This document shows, in pieces, positions 26,001 to 35,191 of a stretch of 43,602 nt of DNA (positions are counted from its first letter, which is position 1; every line of letters begins with the position of its first letter). The stretch covers positions 1 through 43,602 of the IMG/VR virus record IMGVR_UViG_3300031949_000079; one strand, given 5' to 3'. The notes under the pieces are model-generated. The model had not been told where the DNA came from and made no database searches. It was given only the letters and a program-made list of their open reading frames with translations. The position numbers and the translations under genes are program-made. The DNA comes from a virus (Duplodnaviria > Caudoviricetes).

Positions 26001-28913
26001 CTTCCTAGTTGTCTCAGCCATCAGTTTGGTAGGGATATTGCTGAAGGTGGTGGACATAACTTCATAGGTTTGGAAGACATCCATCAAATCATCTAGGGTG
26101 GTTAGTTCTCTACCTGATATGTCTGTGGCCAGTTGACGGAAGGAATCAGCCACATCTATGGGATAGTGCCTGAGGTCGGAGATGGATTGGTCAGCTACCT
26201 TCTGGACAAAGTTGGTGATGCTATCATTATCCTTGAGGACTATGCTCCAATCAACCACATCATCAACCATATCCCTGGCTGTTGGAGACATCAGGGTGTA
26301 TTTCCTCAATCTCTGCCTAGCTTCATCACCCATCAAGCTAAGGTTGGTTAGCTTGGTTTTCATAGCCCTCAATCCATCAATATCACCAGCCACCAAATGC
26401 TGCCAAGCCTGTCGTTGTAGTTCATCCTGAGTTAATCCCAGTCTCTCCTTAGCTATCTTTGGGGAGCCTTTAGTGATTCTATTCAGGACAGCATTGAGGT
26501 CATGGCCTTCCACATCATAGAGTTTCTCTACCAGGTACTTGGACATCCGCTTCATAATGAAGTTGCGGCGGATGGCATTACCCCAATCATTAGATAGGTC
26601 TATCCACTTACGACCAAACCATTGGCCTATTTTGCCTCCTGGCAACAATGTTATACCAACCCTCTTCCCAAGTATCCCTCCTGGTTCAGATGCAATCTTA
26701 GCTGCGACATCGGCTGGACCTCCAATTAACCCCTTAGTCATAATGTTGTAAGCCTCAATCTTAGGAAAGCCTGGAGTAACACCCTCAATGACACTAATGG
26801 CCATACCTTCTAGTGCATTCCAGAACGGATAGCTAATGTTACCAAGATAGGCTTCGGCAAGTGGTCGGACAATGAATCGGTCAACACCCATACGGAAGGA
26901 ATGATTTGACACCTTATCCAGACCATTCTGTAGGCCAAGAACAATGCCTTTCATCACATGACCATCTGCACTCTGTCCCTTGACCGTCACCTTAAGTATA
27001 TCTCGCTGTCTGGTCTTGAGATAGTCCAGCATCAATGACACACCACCAACTGTTGCCGACTTACCTATCTGTGTGGCTCTGGCTATGTTGGTAGATAACC
27101 TATCAGAGTATGTGGCTATATCCCTAATCAACCTACCTATGACCTCTGGAGTATCATTGATTTGGAGAGCTATAGCCATCCTCTTGGCGTTCTCGGTTGG
27201 GGAGCCAACCTTCCTCAATGTGTCTCGGATGATGTCATTAACCTCAGCTATTCTGGCTGTGGTAAACTCAATGGTCTTGTCACCACCTCTGGACCCAGCC
27301 CAAATGATTATCTTATCCTTACTCAATGGGACAAAGTCTGAGAGGCTACGACCAAAGTCAACCAATGGGTCTCCAACAGCATTAGGTGTGGCTCTGAAAG
27401 CCTTAACTGCTTCCTCCATGGTCTTAGAAATATCATCAGGCTTCAACTCATGGATGGCCTTGCCTGTAATCTTACTTACGGATGGATATAGTTGGCTCTG
27501 CATAAAGTCATCCAACCTAGCTTTGATTATCTGGTCAAAGGTCTTTGGGAATCTGCTCCACACAGCCTTCATGGCACTGGGTAGGAAGTCCAGAACCTGA
27601 TATAAGCCCTCATTCACACCAATCATGGTACTACCTAACGCCTTCATGGCACCAATACCAAATCTGCTACCAGTCTTTAACAGAATCTTACCAGGTAGAC
27701 TCAATGCAATTCCTGGCACGTAGGTTAGAGGGTCTGTTGGCAATTCAATCAGGAGTTTCCAGTACCAAGCAGCATCCCACTCCTGCTCTGCTTTACCTAA
27801 GGATGTCCATGGGTTGATACCGGCGGCCCTATATTGGTCATATAGTTTTTCAACATCAAATGGACCTGTTGGAGATATTTTGGATGCAAGATAGATGGCA
27901 CCACCAGCCAATGGATATGATACATCCTCTAGGTATGGTTTCATTATGTCAGCAACAGCCTGCATTGGTTGTTGGGCGATGAACAATAACCGCTGCCAGG
28001 TCGTGGTCTTAGGCACCTCCCACTCTCTGACTCCGGCAAGTACCTCACCAATCTGTGCCTGTTGCTCTTGGGCGGCCTTGGCCAGCATACTCACCATCTG
28101 GTCCATATCCATAGCTGCATTGACAACATCATCAGGTATGTCTAACAGGGACGCCACCTTGAACAACTCCTCCTCGGTCATACCTTCTGGCATCTTAGCT
28201 GTCCATGGTGTGGTGAGTGCCTTCTTTATCTCATCAATGGTCATTTGATTGATACTGACTGGGATGGCCGTAGGAATTGGCTGCTCCAGAAACGCTCTAA
28301 CGGCCTCCTCTTGTCCTGGTTCTACCTGCATGAATTCGGGTAGTGTACCCTCCACCTTCTTGATACCCAAAGTAGCTATGGCATCATTAGCCTCATCAAT
28401 ATCCTGTTGGCTGATGTACTCTGGTGTGGTGACACCAAGAGCCTTCATATAATCATTGTAGGAGGAGACTTTGCCACCAGCAACAAGCATAGGTATGGAG
28501 GTATAGAAGTCCATGAACCACTGAGCTTTTGCCACAGTAAGGACTATCTGCTCATTCTGTTGCTTCTGGCGTACAATCTGCTCCTCAGGTAGCTCTGTAA
28601 CTACTCCACCTAACCCAGCCAATTCACCTTGCATAAAGGCTGGAGCTTGTATAAGTTGCTGCCAAAAAGAGAGCTTCCTATATTCCTGCAACCTCTGTTC
28701 TGAGGTGGGTGTTACTTTTGGTACAATGGAAGGATACACTATGGAGGTTACATTTCCTGACACAGCTGTATTCGCCTTGAACTGCTCCTGCCACCACTCC
28801 TTACGTCCTGCTATGCTAGGTATAGCCACACTAGGAATTGGTTCAGGCCAGGGCTGCTCCCAGGGTGGAGGTTTGTATGCTTTAATACGTTTCTGGAACT
28901 CTGTATCTGGCAT
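23055..28913 (-). CDS. Very large internal virion / DNA-ejection-type protein
   Basis: 1952 aa, largely helical; DPLTY motif often seen in podovirus ejection proteins; follows the portal. Confidence 0.65.
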   Translation of the reverse strand: MPDTEFQKRIKAYKPPPWEQPWPEPIPSVAIPSIAGRKEWWQEQFKANTAVSGNVTSIVYPSIVPKVTPTSEQRLQEYRKLSFWQQLIQAPAFMQGELAGLGGVVTELPEEQIVRQKQQNEQIVLTVAKAQWFMDFYTSIPMLVAGGKVSSYNDYMKALGVTTPEYISQQDIDEANDAIATLGIKKVEGTLPEFMQVEPGQEEAVRAFLEQPIPTAIPVSINQMTIDEIKKALTTPWTAKMPEGMTEEELFKVASLLDIPDDVVNAAMDMDQMVSMLAKAAQEQQAQIGEVLAGVREWEVPKTTTWQRLLFIAQQPMQAVADIMKPYLEDVSYPLAGGAIYLASKISPTGPFDVEKLYDQYRAAGINPWTSLGKAEQEWDAAWYWKLLIELPTDPLTYVPGIALSLPGKILLKTGSRFGIGAMKALGSTMIGVNEGLYQVLDFLPSAMKAVWSRFPKTFDQIIKARLDDFMQSQLYPSVSKITGKAIHELKPDDISKTMEEAVKAFRATPNAVGDPLVDFGRSLSDFVPLSKDKIIIWAGSRGGDKTIEFTTARIAEVNDIIRDTLRKVGSPTENAKRMAIALQINDTPEVIGRLIRDIATYSDRLSTNIARATQIGKSATVGGVSLMLDYLKTRQRDILKVTVKGQSADGHVMKGIVLGLQNGLDKVSNHSFRMGVDRFIVRPLAEAYLGNISYPFWNALEGMAISVIEGVTPGFPKIEAYNIMTKGLIGGPADVAAKIASEPGGILGKRVGITLLPGGKIGQWFGRKWIDLSNDWGNAIRRNFIMKRMSKYLVEKLYDVEGHDLNAVLNRITKGSPKIAKERLGLTQDELQRQAWQHLVAGDIDGLRAMKTKLTNLSLMGDEARQRLRKYTLMSPTARDMVDDVVDWSIVLKDNDSITNFVQKVADQSISDLRHYPIDVADSFRQLATDISGRELTTLDDLMDVFQTYEVMSTTFSNIPTKLMAETTRKADALYAARKFSQVEQLWRTDRQQMIDTMAQVSDNMGTVRTKIAENVGKLTPDQQAAMNVVLDRSSDGDALWEATFRADGQLLDDFWALPKMQRTEAEHTALRAYRTEAWLKYRQEAAEIGAGEMLSRKEFAKLYQKLPEPRLIPVDASNRALSADDVAKLFGCNIDALSSGIAENMAMQSKVRFVKYAMAKADSKPNLYRGFTEEKIESAYDDILRGMKMSPDMDVAQQKILMQMEGMKQELMTLRMTRSLKPNEEKALAGWIDNVADNAEKEMYTSITLAKVGMDDLVWADNILSRLEQTGYERGYLPQSELDRLTGILRDRVGITTEDILKLGKPTNVEESLRNIGLYRKRIKPLIKKLQQEKPQLKQEYKNLNQLRQESLDSALKDYYKTFADYSNPNIVDASMKMIYPYWTYTLYKWFELPRLAMKHPGLMAAWGKYYNYSDQGYQHIPGTDLEVNPFTGSMFGTTFGLARHDFVSYYSNLGPMGEVLDFSQRVGAFPGAHVMLPIVLSPILSGRSPELGGALPSLPKAGLGLLVSSNIPGVSSAAQWLQDKVFHDNLQQYYATTIVSTKQVESGGKLIGGQSGTDLWYKKLRKEAFTPEEQLLWDESYREAAWYGVVRSQFPQLRLRTEQYLEAYKQVTQIFKEQLGMSEEFQDNLWKHNKRPSDVVGGLPLDLRQTLDEVWQWRIYFGRGVTMMPPDVQDIYSLIDEYFNATKDAQQKRLTSEASIDTGFITPTAEVHYNGAEWRQEHAENWADYSKDVEDLKNSERFAPAIDALTPEGQVKLMKRLNFSVPTLGPMDEALDLYFNIKLEKDKDPYTGEEDYNYLKFWLQREAVKMALPEDLRSEFESYIRRYETPMEEVFRTAYNNYIRGYQAASRIIFAGYAEDQKALISEYYADTTTSSRKDEIEAMLDPTTGNQLISSYTRKLTQARGAMRQVSPKLDFWLNVFGYVDSQKTPEAKAMLDAFERDKTSITG

Positions 28914-30577
28914 TAAGCACCTCCAGTAGCAAATTCTCTAGGCAGAACCTCATTCAGTGTGGCCTGTCTGTTTGCCTGGGCTGTCTGACTAGATGTGGCT
29001 TGGGCAGGTACACCCAACTCCGCTTCCATGGAGTTTGCCAACTTCTCATATAACTTGGCTGCGTCTGGATTGTTCTGGGCCTTCAAGTCCACAGCCTGCT
29101 CTCTGTATGCTATGATTTGGTCAGCCATGATGGCTTTGGGATTAGACATAGCCATATCCTTACGAGCCTTGGCCTGTTCCTTGAGTGGGTCTTTAATCTC
29201 AGGAAAGAGCCTCCGCATCACCGTCTCTGTGGATAGTTGGAAGGTGGGGTCAAGCATTCTGGCTACTGTGGCCCTCTGCACCAGATACCCAGGTATCTCA
29301 ATGTCAACCTGAACATCAAACTCAATGGATTCGGGCATGTTCTGTGGCATCTCAAAGTTGTAGGGACGGAAGTTGTTTGCCTGCATCATACCATACCAGA
29401 AGTCGTCAATGTCAGAGAGTAGACCTCTGAGACCCTCAACATAAGGTGACATGGTCTGGATGGATGAAGAGGCTACATTAGCCATGGCAAGGTAACTCAT
29501 GGTCTGCTGAATGTTGCCAAACATGGATGCAGCAAATAGACCTCTCTGGAGCATATTCTCATACTTGAATAGGGTCTGGGTTAGCTCCACTGGTATGGAC
29601 GGAGATAATATGGCCTTGACATCCTCACCGGGTTGACCACGTAGGATGGTTCCCCATTTATTCATGGCCTCCTCCGAGGCTATTGGAGTATCACCGGCAG
29701 AGGTTTCAAGCCAACGAGGCTGTGCAGCGTTTCGTGTGGCTTGTTGGAGGAAGCTCAACATCCTGTTATAGTTACGGGTGAGGTCCTCGTTGGTGCTAAC
29801 TATGGACTCACCATAATGCTTCTGCCACTCAGCACTACTTACTATGACTCCTTTGTCTGGGAGGCCACCAACAGGAGATGTGAACACCGGAATCCTCTTG
29901 ATGGAGCTAAGATAGGGGTCTGGGGTTGGTGGCTTGACGAACTCATTACCCATAATCACACAGTTAGAGACAGCACCTGAATCATCAAACCACCAATAGT
30001 CATAGGCGGTGGTCTTGCTCTTGAATGGTTCATGTGACCAACCCTTATCCAGTACCTTCTTGTTGGCTGCACCAGCCTCCAACGGATAGATATGTGCAAC
30101 CTCAGTTATACCATCAGGGCCAAACTCTGGGAAGACTTCGGCAGGGTGCCACACCTCAGCCCATATATCATCCGGAGTTACCATAGCAAAGACGGCATAC
30201 CAACCAAAGGCTAGCATGAATGAACCAAACTCATCAATCCAACCTCTGCGACCTTGCTTACGATATGACCGCTCCATAGCATTCCACCTCTTCTCAGTAT
30301 AGGCTTCAACATAACCAATGGATGGAACTTGTATGGAGAGGAAGCCATCGTCATAAATCTTGTGGGCTATGACAGATGATGTGAGCAGGTGTCGGCCAAG
30401 GTTGTATCCAGTTCTTGGGTCGTTGGAGGTCACAGACTCCATGCCTGTCTGCTCCAACTCATTCTTGAGGGAGAGGATGTTGTACCAGTCCTTGAACTTA
30501 TTATTACGAGTTGTCCAGTTATTCCTCAGTGAGGTACAGCGGGACTTTACCTTAGTTGGTGAACTTGTATCAATCAT
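28913..30577 (-). CDS. Portal protein
   Basis: 554 aa directly after TerL; portal-like layout (YGES...YNR, C-terminal Gln/Ala tail). Confidence 0.8.
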   Translation of the reverse strand: MIDTSSPTKVKSRCTSLRNNWTTRNNKFKDWYNILSLKNELEQTGMESVTSNDPRTGYNLGRHLLTSSVIAHKIYDDGFLSIQVPSIGYVEAYTEKRWNAMERSYRKQGRRGWIDEFGSFMLAFGWYAVFAMVTPDDIWAEVWHPAEVFPEFGPDGITEVAHIYPLEAGAANKKVLDKGWSHEPFKSKTTAYDYWWFDDSGAVSNCVIMGNEFVKPPTPDPYLSSIKRIPVFTSPVGGLPDKGVIVSSAEWQKHYGESIVSTNEDLTRNYNRMLSFLQQATRNAAQPRWLETSAGDTPIASEEAMNKWGTILRGQPGEDVKAILSPSIPVELTQTLFKYENMLQRGLFAASMFGNIQQTMSYLAMANVASSSIQTMSPYVEGLRGLLSDIDDFWYGMMQANNFRPYNFEMPQNMPESIEFDVQVDIEIPGYLVQRATVARMLDPTFQLSTETVMRRLFPEIKDPLKEQAKARKDMAMSNPKAIMADQIIAYREQAVDLKAQNNPDAAKLYEKLANSMEAELGVPAQATSSQTAQANRQATLNEVLPREFATGGA

Positions 30578-30587
30578 AATGCCTCCA

Positions 30588-32189
30588 TTACCATTTGAAT
30601 CCTGTTCTACCTATCATACCACGGATGAACTTGGATGGGTTGTAGCAGACCAGAGCCAAGCCAAGTGAGTCATGGATATCATCGGCTCCGATTACTACAG
30701 CCTTACCATTGTCTATTCGGAAATTCCTAAGCTGCCTAACCAACTCAATATCATGGCACTCAAGGCTAGGTAGATTGCGGTGGATAGCTTGGAACATATA
30801 CTCTTTGGTTCCTCTAGCACCACCAGATGTATACCAGCCAGGTTCATTGGTGGTCACACCACTAACCACATCCTTCCTAAAGTAGATGGGTCGTCTGTTC
30901 CTAAGTAATGCAGTGACAGCCAATCCATGACCGTTGGCTTCCCAGGTTATCATGGCACGGTTGTAATAGTCAGAGTATCTTATTGCCTTCTCAACAGTTG
31001 GTTCTGGAGGATAGAGTCCAGCATCCCTGGCACACCATACTGGATACTCATAACCATCCTCAGCCTTCTTGAATGTCAACACACCTATGGCTGATTGTGT
31101 CATTTTGGCCTGACCTGGGTCAATAGCAACAATGAATCTCTGACCTGCTGGAAAGTCGGAGGGCTTGTACCACACATGCAGGCCATTTATAATCTCACCG
31201 GGATAGCATCCTTTAGCCATCTCATTGGCCCTCTGTGTATCATAATACATATCTCCGGTGGCTAGGAAGCATGACACATCATCCTCAGGGAATTCCTGTA
31301 AGAACAGGGTGCGTGTCTGTCCTTCCCTTCTCAGACTCTCCATCTCCTTTATCTTCCATCGGCGCCACCGAATCTGGTCCAGCGATAATCCATGGTTGTT
31401 GACCAGTCTCTGCTCATCTGCATCCATCTCTATTGTAGGACCATCAGCCTCAGGTACCATTCTCAGTCTGGGGTCACCAAGATGAATCACATACTCAGGC
31501 AACATGAACCAAGGATAGAAGTGGGGGGTGAATACGGACTTACCTTCCTTAGCCAAACTGTATGTCTCATGGAACTCATCTTGCTCACCATGGGGAGTGG
31601 AGAATATATCACAGGTACCATCTGGTGGAATACGGGCTAAGGCAGGTAGAACCACACGCTCCAGAGAATCTGGAGGATAGAACGCAAATTCGTCACACAG
31701 TAGGTGATGTATCGTCTGGGTCCTACCTGCCACAAAACTCCTCGCCGATGCTATGTACATGGTGCTGGTACCCACCATGACTCCATCCACAAAGAATCGG
31801 AAGGACTTTTCATACATACTGTCCGAGTGTATCTCAGGAAAGCCTGGGATATGTAGACTGGCTAGATGGTTATAGAAGAAATTGACTTTGCCAAGTAACT
31901 TACCTGTGATGAAGTCCTCATATGCAATCAGGACAGTGTTGGTGCCTGGGACAGTGAGAGTGTTGGTTAGTCGCTTTGCTATCCTCTCGGTACTGAATCC
32001 TACCGCACTCGACTTGACATAGACATCCCTACCAGTCTCGGTGGCATCCACATCGGCTTGGATGGGGTTGTAAATAAAGGGCACACGCTCTCTAGCCTTG
32101 TTCTCCACGACAAATAAGGTTTCAATGAACTGCCTCTCATGTCCCGGAGTTAGCAACTCACGGAACTTTTCCTCAACCGATACCGGCAT
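30588..32189 (-). CDS. terL: Terminase large subunit
   Basis: PFIYNPIQ, KSSAVGFST, LLCDEFAF (Walker B), STPHG, FYPWF, FLQEFP, IDPG, WEANGHG, DDIHDS. Confidence 0.92.
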   Translation of the reverse strand: MPVSVEEKFRELLTPGHERQFIETLFVVENKARERVPFIYNPIQADVDATETGRDVYVKSSAVGFSTERIAKRLTNTLTVPGTNTVLIAYEDFITGKLLGKVNFFYNHLASLHIPGFPEIHSDSMYEKSFRFFVDGVMVGTSTMYIASARSFVAGRTQTIHHLLCDEFAFYPPDSLERVVLPALARIPPDGTCDIFSTPHGEQDEFHETYSLAKEGKSVFTPHFYPWFMLPEYVIHLGDPRLRMVPEADGPTIEMDADEQRLVNNHGLSLDQIRWRRWKIKEMESLRREGQTRTLFLQEFPEDDVSCFLATGDMYYDTQRANEMAKGCYPGEIINGLHVWYKPSDFPAGQRFIVAIDPGQAKMTQSAIGVLTFKKAEDGYEYPVWCARDAGLYPPEPTVEKAIRYSDYYNRAMITWEANGHGLAVTALLRNRRPIYFRKDVVSGVTTNEPGWYTSGGARGTKEYMFQAIHRNLPSLECHDIELVRQLRNFRIDNGKAVVIGADDIHDSLGLALVCYNPSKFIRGMIGRTGFKW

Positions 32190-32366
32190 CTATTTCCTTC
32201 TGTTCAACTTGCCTAGAGTTAATGCTAATCTGGCCTGCTTACCGACCCTGCCTTTGCGTTTGGCAGCAGCTCTGATTCTGGCCTTAGGAATTCTCTTACC
32301 AATAGCAATACCCAACGACCTATGTAGTCCACCCTTGTTCTTTGTGGCTTTGGCTACCCACTTCAT
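32190..32366 (-). CDS. 58-aa highly basic protein (MKWVAKATKNKGGLHRSLG...ARLALTL)
   Basis: Manual translation; GGAGG SD; resembles small basic phage proteins found near terminases. Confidence 0.75.
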   Translation of the reverse strand: MKWVAKATKNKGGLHRSLGIAIGKRIPKARIRAAAKRKGRVGKQARLALTLGKLNRRK

Positions 32367-32377
32367 TACCCACCTCC

Positions 32378-32551
32378 CTACTTGACTTCACCATTCTTGT
32401 CCAACAGCTTCATACCAAGCATACCTATGCCTGTGATGGCTCCACCCACAATCTTGTCAATCTGGTCTGGAGCTATGATGATAACTACCAGTGCTATGAT
32501 AGCTATGGAGAGAATGGCAGCCATGACCTGTGGACCCTCGACCTTTTTCAT
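32378..32551 (-). CDS. 57-aa holin-like membrane protein
   Basis: Manual translation MKKVEGPQVMAAILSIAIIALVVIIIAPDQIDKIVGGAITGIGMLGMKLLDKNGEVK; two hydrophobic segments, charged tail; AGGAGG SD. Confidence 0.65.
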   Translation of the reverse strand: MKKVEGPQVMAAILSIAIIALVVIIIAPDQIDKIVGGAITGIGMLGMKLLDKNGEVK

Positions 32552-32560
32552 GTTTACCTC

Positions 32561-33052
32561 CTATATTACCACAAACCTCATTACTGACCCCTGCCAGCCT
32601 AGTAAATCACTCCGCCGCTCATCTGTCTGTGGCTCTATCAACCACAAATCCTCATTGGCATCAATGCAGGCTATCATGGCATGAGCATCACTCCAGAACA
32701 GACCAATGGCGTAACTCGCCCACTCAGGTCTACCAAACTGACCCCATAACAGCTTGGCAAAGTTGTCACAGTCAAACTTCTCTGGTACATACTTAATATG
32801 GTTGGTCTCATCCACATCAAGGAAGGTTTCAATATCTGCTATGTTACATAGGCTGTAGACTAGCTGTTCATAGGAGTCGGAGAGGAATATTTGGCCCGAT
32901 GGAAAGTGCTCACGGAAGATGTCATAGATAACCCGGCCAGATACCATCTTCCTCTCTGTAGGACTTGGTAGTGGTACCTGCAGTTTGGCAATCTCAGCCT
33001 CCAAGCCTGCTATCCTCTGTCTGGCTCTGGCCAACTCAAGTATCACTCCCAT
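32561..33052 (-). CDS. Papain/transglutaminase-fold Cys protease (MOA agglutinin C-terminal-like)
   Basis: FDCDNFA (Cys), HA (His), IEPQ (Glu) triad pattern; short N-terminal coiled coil. Confidence 0.7.
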   Translation of the reverse strand: MGVILELARARQRIAGLEAEIAKLQVPLPSPTERKMVSGRVIYDIFREHFPSGQIFLSDSYEQLVYSLCNIADIETFLDVDETNHIKYVPEKFDCDNFAKLLWGQFGRPEWASYAIGLFWSDAHAMIACIDANEDLWLIEPQTDERRSDLLGWQGSVMRFVVI

Positions 33053-33171
33053 TATGTACCTCGCTTTTGATACTTCATACCACGCCTTCCAACTCTGGTC
33101 ACCTGAGCCTTCATCAGATTGTGACGACCGGCTGCCTTCTGTGTGGTTGTTGCTCTCCTACCTCTTGGCAT
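33052..33171 (-). CDS. 39-aa basic peptide
   Basis: Manual translation MPRGRRATTTQKAAGRHNL...; AGGAG SD; TAATG coupling. Confidence 0.55.
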   Translation of the reverse strand: MPRGRRATTTQKAAGRHNLMKAQVTRVGRRGMKYQKRGT

Positions 33172-33179
33172 CTATACTC

Positions 33180-33347
33180 CTAACTACCAAAACATGCGGC
33201 CACTATGGCTCCAATTACGGCGGCTAGTATGACCCACTGTAATGCTCTATACAGCTTGAACTCCTGACGGAACGGAAAGTAGTGGTATGCGTGCCAATCA
33301 CGAAACCATTGAGGTGTTTCACCATTTAGCCCCTTGTCTGCATTCAT
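33180..33347 (-). CDS. 55-aa protein with a C-terminal transmembrane helix
   Basis: Manual translation ends LQWVILAAVIGAIVAACFGS; ATGA overlap with the TerS candidate. Confidence 0.6.
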   Translation of the reverse strand: MNADKGLNGETPQWFRDWHAYHYFPFRQEFKLYRALQWVILAAVIGAIVAACFGS

Positions 33348-33856
33348 TGTTCGCTCCTTATCTCAACAGATTCACGCTCTCGGCGTATGGATATGGTTAG
33401 TTTGGTAAAGTCAAACGGCTGCTCCATCGTACCACCACCCAGAATTTGTTTCATCATAGCCAAGGACTGTGGTGTATAATGGGCCCGAATCTTGGCTAGG
33501 TATTCTGACTCACAGGGAGTAAGTGACTGATTAGTGGCATCCTTATACAGAATCTTAAAGTCCTTTTGTAGGACAAGGTGGAAGTTCCTGGTGTACTCCA
33601 TATCCAAATACTCATTGGCCAGAGTCTTCCTCATGTCTGAGATACCTTCACCATCAATGAAGGCAAAGTTGGAGTCGGCTTCTCTCCATCTAGCCACTGT
33701 CTTACGATGGATACCGGTAAGTTCAAGAGACTGGGAGCGGGAGAAGTTGGAGAGTCTATAGCCAAGGTACAATGATTTCTTGGTATCTTCCTCCTCAAAT
33801 GCTGGCATGGCTGAACGGGCTAGGTCAAGGGCACTAGACTTACTTACTTCAGACAT
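33344..33856 (-). CDS. Probable terminase small subunit (HTH)
   Basis: First gene of the virion arm; HTH-like SRSQSLELTGIHRKTVARWR. Confidence 0.6.
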   Translation of the reverse strand: MSEVSKSSALDLARSAMPAFEEEDTKKSLYLGYRLSNFSRSQSLELTGIHRKTVARWREADSNFAFIDGEGISDMRKTLANEYLDMEYTRNFHLVLQKDFKILYKDATNQSLTPCESEYLAKIRAHYTPQSLAMMKQILGGGTMEQPFDFTKLTISIRRERESVEIRSEQ

Positions 33857-33873
33857 TATATACCTCTCCTTAT

Positions 33874-33902
33874 ATCATAACATAAATGGAGGTGAATGTC
33901 AA
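33874..33902 (-). promoter_or_regulatory. Sigma70-type promoter of the packaging operon
   Basis: TTGACA-17-TATGAT with extended TG. Confidence 0.8.
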
Positions 33903-33954
33903 GATATAAATTATGATAGCTAATACTATATTATATGATATTATACTCCACTAC

Positions 33955-33983
33955 TTGACAAATAGATAACCTTATGCTATAAT
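33955..33983 (+). promoter_or_regulatory. Consensus sigma70 promoter, divergent from the packaging promoter
   Basis: TTGACA-17-TATAAT with extended TG. Confidence 0.9.
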
Positions 33984-34007
33984 TAAAGTGTAAGAAAGGA
34001 GGATAAT

Positions 34008-34382
34008 ATGCCGGAGAAGATGGTCATGACAGATGGTTCACCATATAATGGTATGTTAAGGAGAGGTTCAGCCATATTCAAAGCCAAATCACATAGAGGT
34101 GTTCAAATAACCTATGAGGAAATAGATTTGGAGGAGTATGACAAAAGGGTTGATAATCTGGCAAAGAGGATAATAAACGCAAAGGGTGTAGACTTATTAT
34201 CCATATTGAAGGATGCCCTATACGACCTACCTCTGGACTATCTAACGAGGGTGGAGAAGAAGGTGGAGGAAGAAATCAAAAAGGATGAACCAAAGATAGT
34301 CACCAAGACAGATAGGACGTACCGAGGAACTTGTGTAAATTTGAATGTTGGAGGCAAGAACCTAGTAGAACTCAGACATTAG
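34008..34382 (+). CDS. Hypothetical protein
   Basis: 124 aa; AAGGAGG SD. Confidence 0.75.
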   Translation: MPEKMVMTDGSPYNGMLRRGSAIFKAKSHRGVQITYEEIDLEEYDKRVDNLAKRIINAKGVDLLSILKDALYDLPLDYLTRVEKKVEEEIKKDEPKIVTKTDRTYRGTCVNLNVGGKNLVELRH

Positions 34383-34391
34383 GTAGACAAT

Positions 34392-34619
34392 ATGAACTGG
34401 AGAGAGAATTATCAACCGGAGTTGGTCACAGAGATAAATGACCTAGGATGCAAGCTGTCCATAGCCATAGACTGTATTGTGCATAAGATAGCTCCAGGTG
34501 TACCTGCATTTGAGTGTAAATGTGGAGTGATGTTTCCGGTATACTTACTCAAGCAGGAGAATTGGGCTGCTATTAAGAGAAGGCATGATGAGGAGATGAA
34601 ATATGCAGGTCATACATAA
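34392..34619 (+). CDS. Small Cys/His protein
   Basis: CIVH...FECKCG. Confidence 0.65.
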   Translation: MNWRENYQPELVTEINDLGCKLSIAIDCIVHKIAPGVPAFECKCGVMFPVYLLKQENWAAIKRRHDEEMKYAGHT

Positions 34620-34758
34620 ATACTTCAAGAAGGATGGTATGCCACTAACTGGTGAGGTTGTTAGGAGATATGACCAGCATTATGACCTGTTAGTTAAAGT
34701 TGATAATCAAGTTGAGGAGAAGCAGTACCAGAACTGGTCTAGTAAGGATGTACGGTGA
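34603..34758 (+). CDS. 51-aa hypothetical protein
   Basis: Manual translation MQVIHKYF...; AGGAG SD. Confidence 0.5.
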   Translation: MQVIHKYFKKDGMPLTGEVVRRYDQHYDLLVKVDNQVEEKQYQNWSSKDVR

Positions 34759-34783
34759 TACCAAATATGGGAGGTACACTAAC

Positions 34784-35191
34784 TTGAAGGAACAACTATC
34801 TAAACCAGCAGTTAAGCAGTTATCAGAGGCTGGCTACAACCGAACAGAGATAGCAGATATACTTGGACTGTCGTGGGGTAGAATAACCCAACTAGTTGAT
34901 AGGAATGGGAACCAGAAATCAAAGCACGCAAGTGCTGTAAAGACCTGGCAAAGAAAGCATTTCATATCTACCAGTGGTGGAGTAAGGATAAGGGCTGAGA
35001 AAAGGGAAAGGCCAGATGAATGTGAAATGTGTGACAAGCAGGTAAGTAAGTTAGACTACCACCATTGGAATAGTGAAAAGCCACAGAATGGAATCTGGGT
35101 ATGTATGTCATGCCACCAGTTTGTGGAGAGAGTGGACTCTGGCCTAGTAATAAAATACACCAAACTAAGGGATAAAATTGACAATCCCTAA
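34784..35191 (+). CDS. HTH + HNH-like zinc nuclease (paralog 2)
   Basis: HTH GYNRTEIADILGLSWGRITQLV; CEMC...YHHWN...GIWVCMSCH; TTG start chosen from GGAGG at 34770. Confidence 0.75.
   Translation: MKEQLSKPAVKQLSEAGYNRTEIADILGLSWGRITQLVDRNGNQKSKHASAVKTWQRKHFISTSGGVRIRAEKRERPDECEMCDKQVSKLDYHHWNSEKPQNGIWVCMSCHQFVERVDSGLVIKYTKLRDKIDNP

Noticed and set aside
9065-32796. Numerous plus-strand ORFs of 60-175 aa across the virion arm
   Set aside because: They are antisense shadows of long minus-strand genes, without SDs or motifs; only 22588-23013 has its own promoter and domain signature.
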